NCBI GenBank assembly: GCA_028534125.1
Contig: CM052817.1
Coordinates: 81,594,001-81,658,000 of the forward strand
Direction: 5' to 3'
Length of the DNA: 64,000 nt
Source of the DNA: Lama glama
Taxonomy: Eukaryota
The notes under the pieces were generated by a model, which saw only the letters and a list, made by a program, of their open reading frames with translations, had not been told where the DNA came from and did not search any database. Position numbers and translations under genes: made by a program. Below, piece by piece: positions 63,201 through 64,000 of this stretch (positions within the stretch are counted from its first letter, which is position 1; the number at the start of each line of letters is the position of its first letter).

Positions 63201-64000
63201 ATGTCATTTTCTCCATTATTGTCTAATGGTAATTTTTTCTTACTTCTTTCTTTTTGTGTTTATATCTGCATACAATAAAAATATAGTGAAATGTGTCAGT
63301 GTAAAGTTTATGACTTCACAAATCTTTCAAATTCCTAACCCTCGACAGTATCGGAAAAGTCAGTGTATGAACCATATGTTTGAATCACATCCATTAACAC
63401 ATCTGTCCTTTAATTTAAAGCCTGAGATAATGTGTCTGATTCAACTCAGTTTTGATTTAAAATGCATGTCTTTTTCTTTTTTTTTTTTTCCTGTCAATGC
63501 AGGGTCAGGGTCCTAAAGTTGGCTTTGTACTTATCCAGGGCTGAGGGTAAGAACCTATTTTATCAGGGTATTGTGTTTAGGACATGAGACTGTGTTGATG
63601 ATAACTGTGTATACATTGTTCACATATAACACACAGAAGGATAGAGTTTGTTAGTATAATTAGGAATCCTTAATTATCAAAATGTGTACTTATTTTGTAA
63701 GCACATTTAAGGGAATATTTCTGTACAAACTCACTAGATTTCACTTGCCACATGGCAATTTGATCCTTAGGAAACCATATATGGCAAATTTAGTCACTGC
63801 AAAAGATGGTACTGTTTAGGAAAGAACACATACACACACACATACATAACACAGAAGATAACACCAAAAAAGGCAACTCTTAAAATTGGACAGAACAAAA
63901 CTAGCAACATTTATGTCTATGCCCTTTAAATAAAAGCTGAACAAACTTTCAACAGAAAGAATTCATTTGGAAAACATTATCCTGTATTTTATTGGGCATA

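Noticed and set aside
61735..63225. TSD around the cTAGE-like retrocopy (ttctccat at ~61742 and ~63209)
   Set aside because: Only an 8-bp match in AT-rich sequence and not flush with the tail; cannot be told from chance.

Overview
AT-rich mammalian genomic DNA, intergenic or deep intronic, with no intact protein-coding gene that I can recognise. The young LINE-1 3' ends and the absence of ruminant, suid or cetacean SINEs point to a camelid (inference). Most of the window is interspersed repeat: young and ancient L1, L2, MIR, MaLR/ERVL/ERV1 LTRs, hAT MITEs and microsatellites. Four things stand out. (1) A minus-strand, intronless, frameshifted, internally deleted cTAGE5/MIA2-like retrocopy (~61.75-63.2 kb) that is strongly diverged at protein level. 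(2) A decayed class III (ERVL) provirus, LTR40/HERVL40-like (53669-57793), with two LTRs, a 5-bp TSD, a tRNA-Ser PBS and pol remnants, carrying a nested LTR52-like element. (3) A young L1 (~41007-41993) with an inverted 96-bp templated insertion copied from ~1.2 kb downstream, plus an apparent 3' transduction. (4) Several non-repetitive, motif-dense segments that may be enhancers or non-coding exons. Family names come from recalled consensus sequences, not from a database search, and boundaries of old repeats are approximate.
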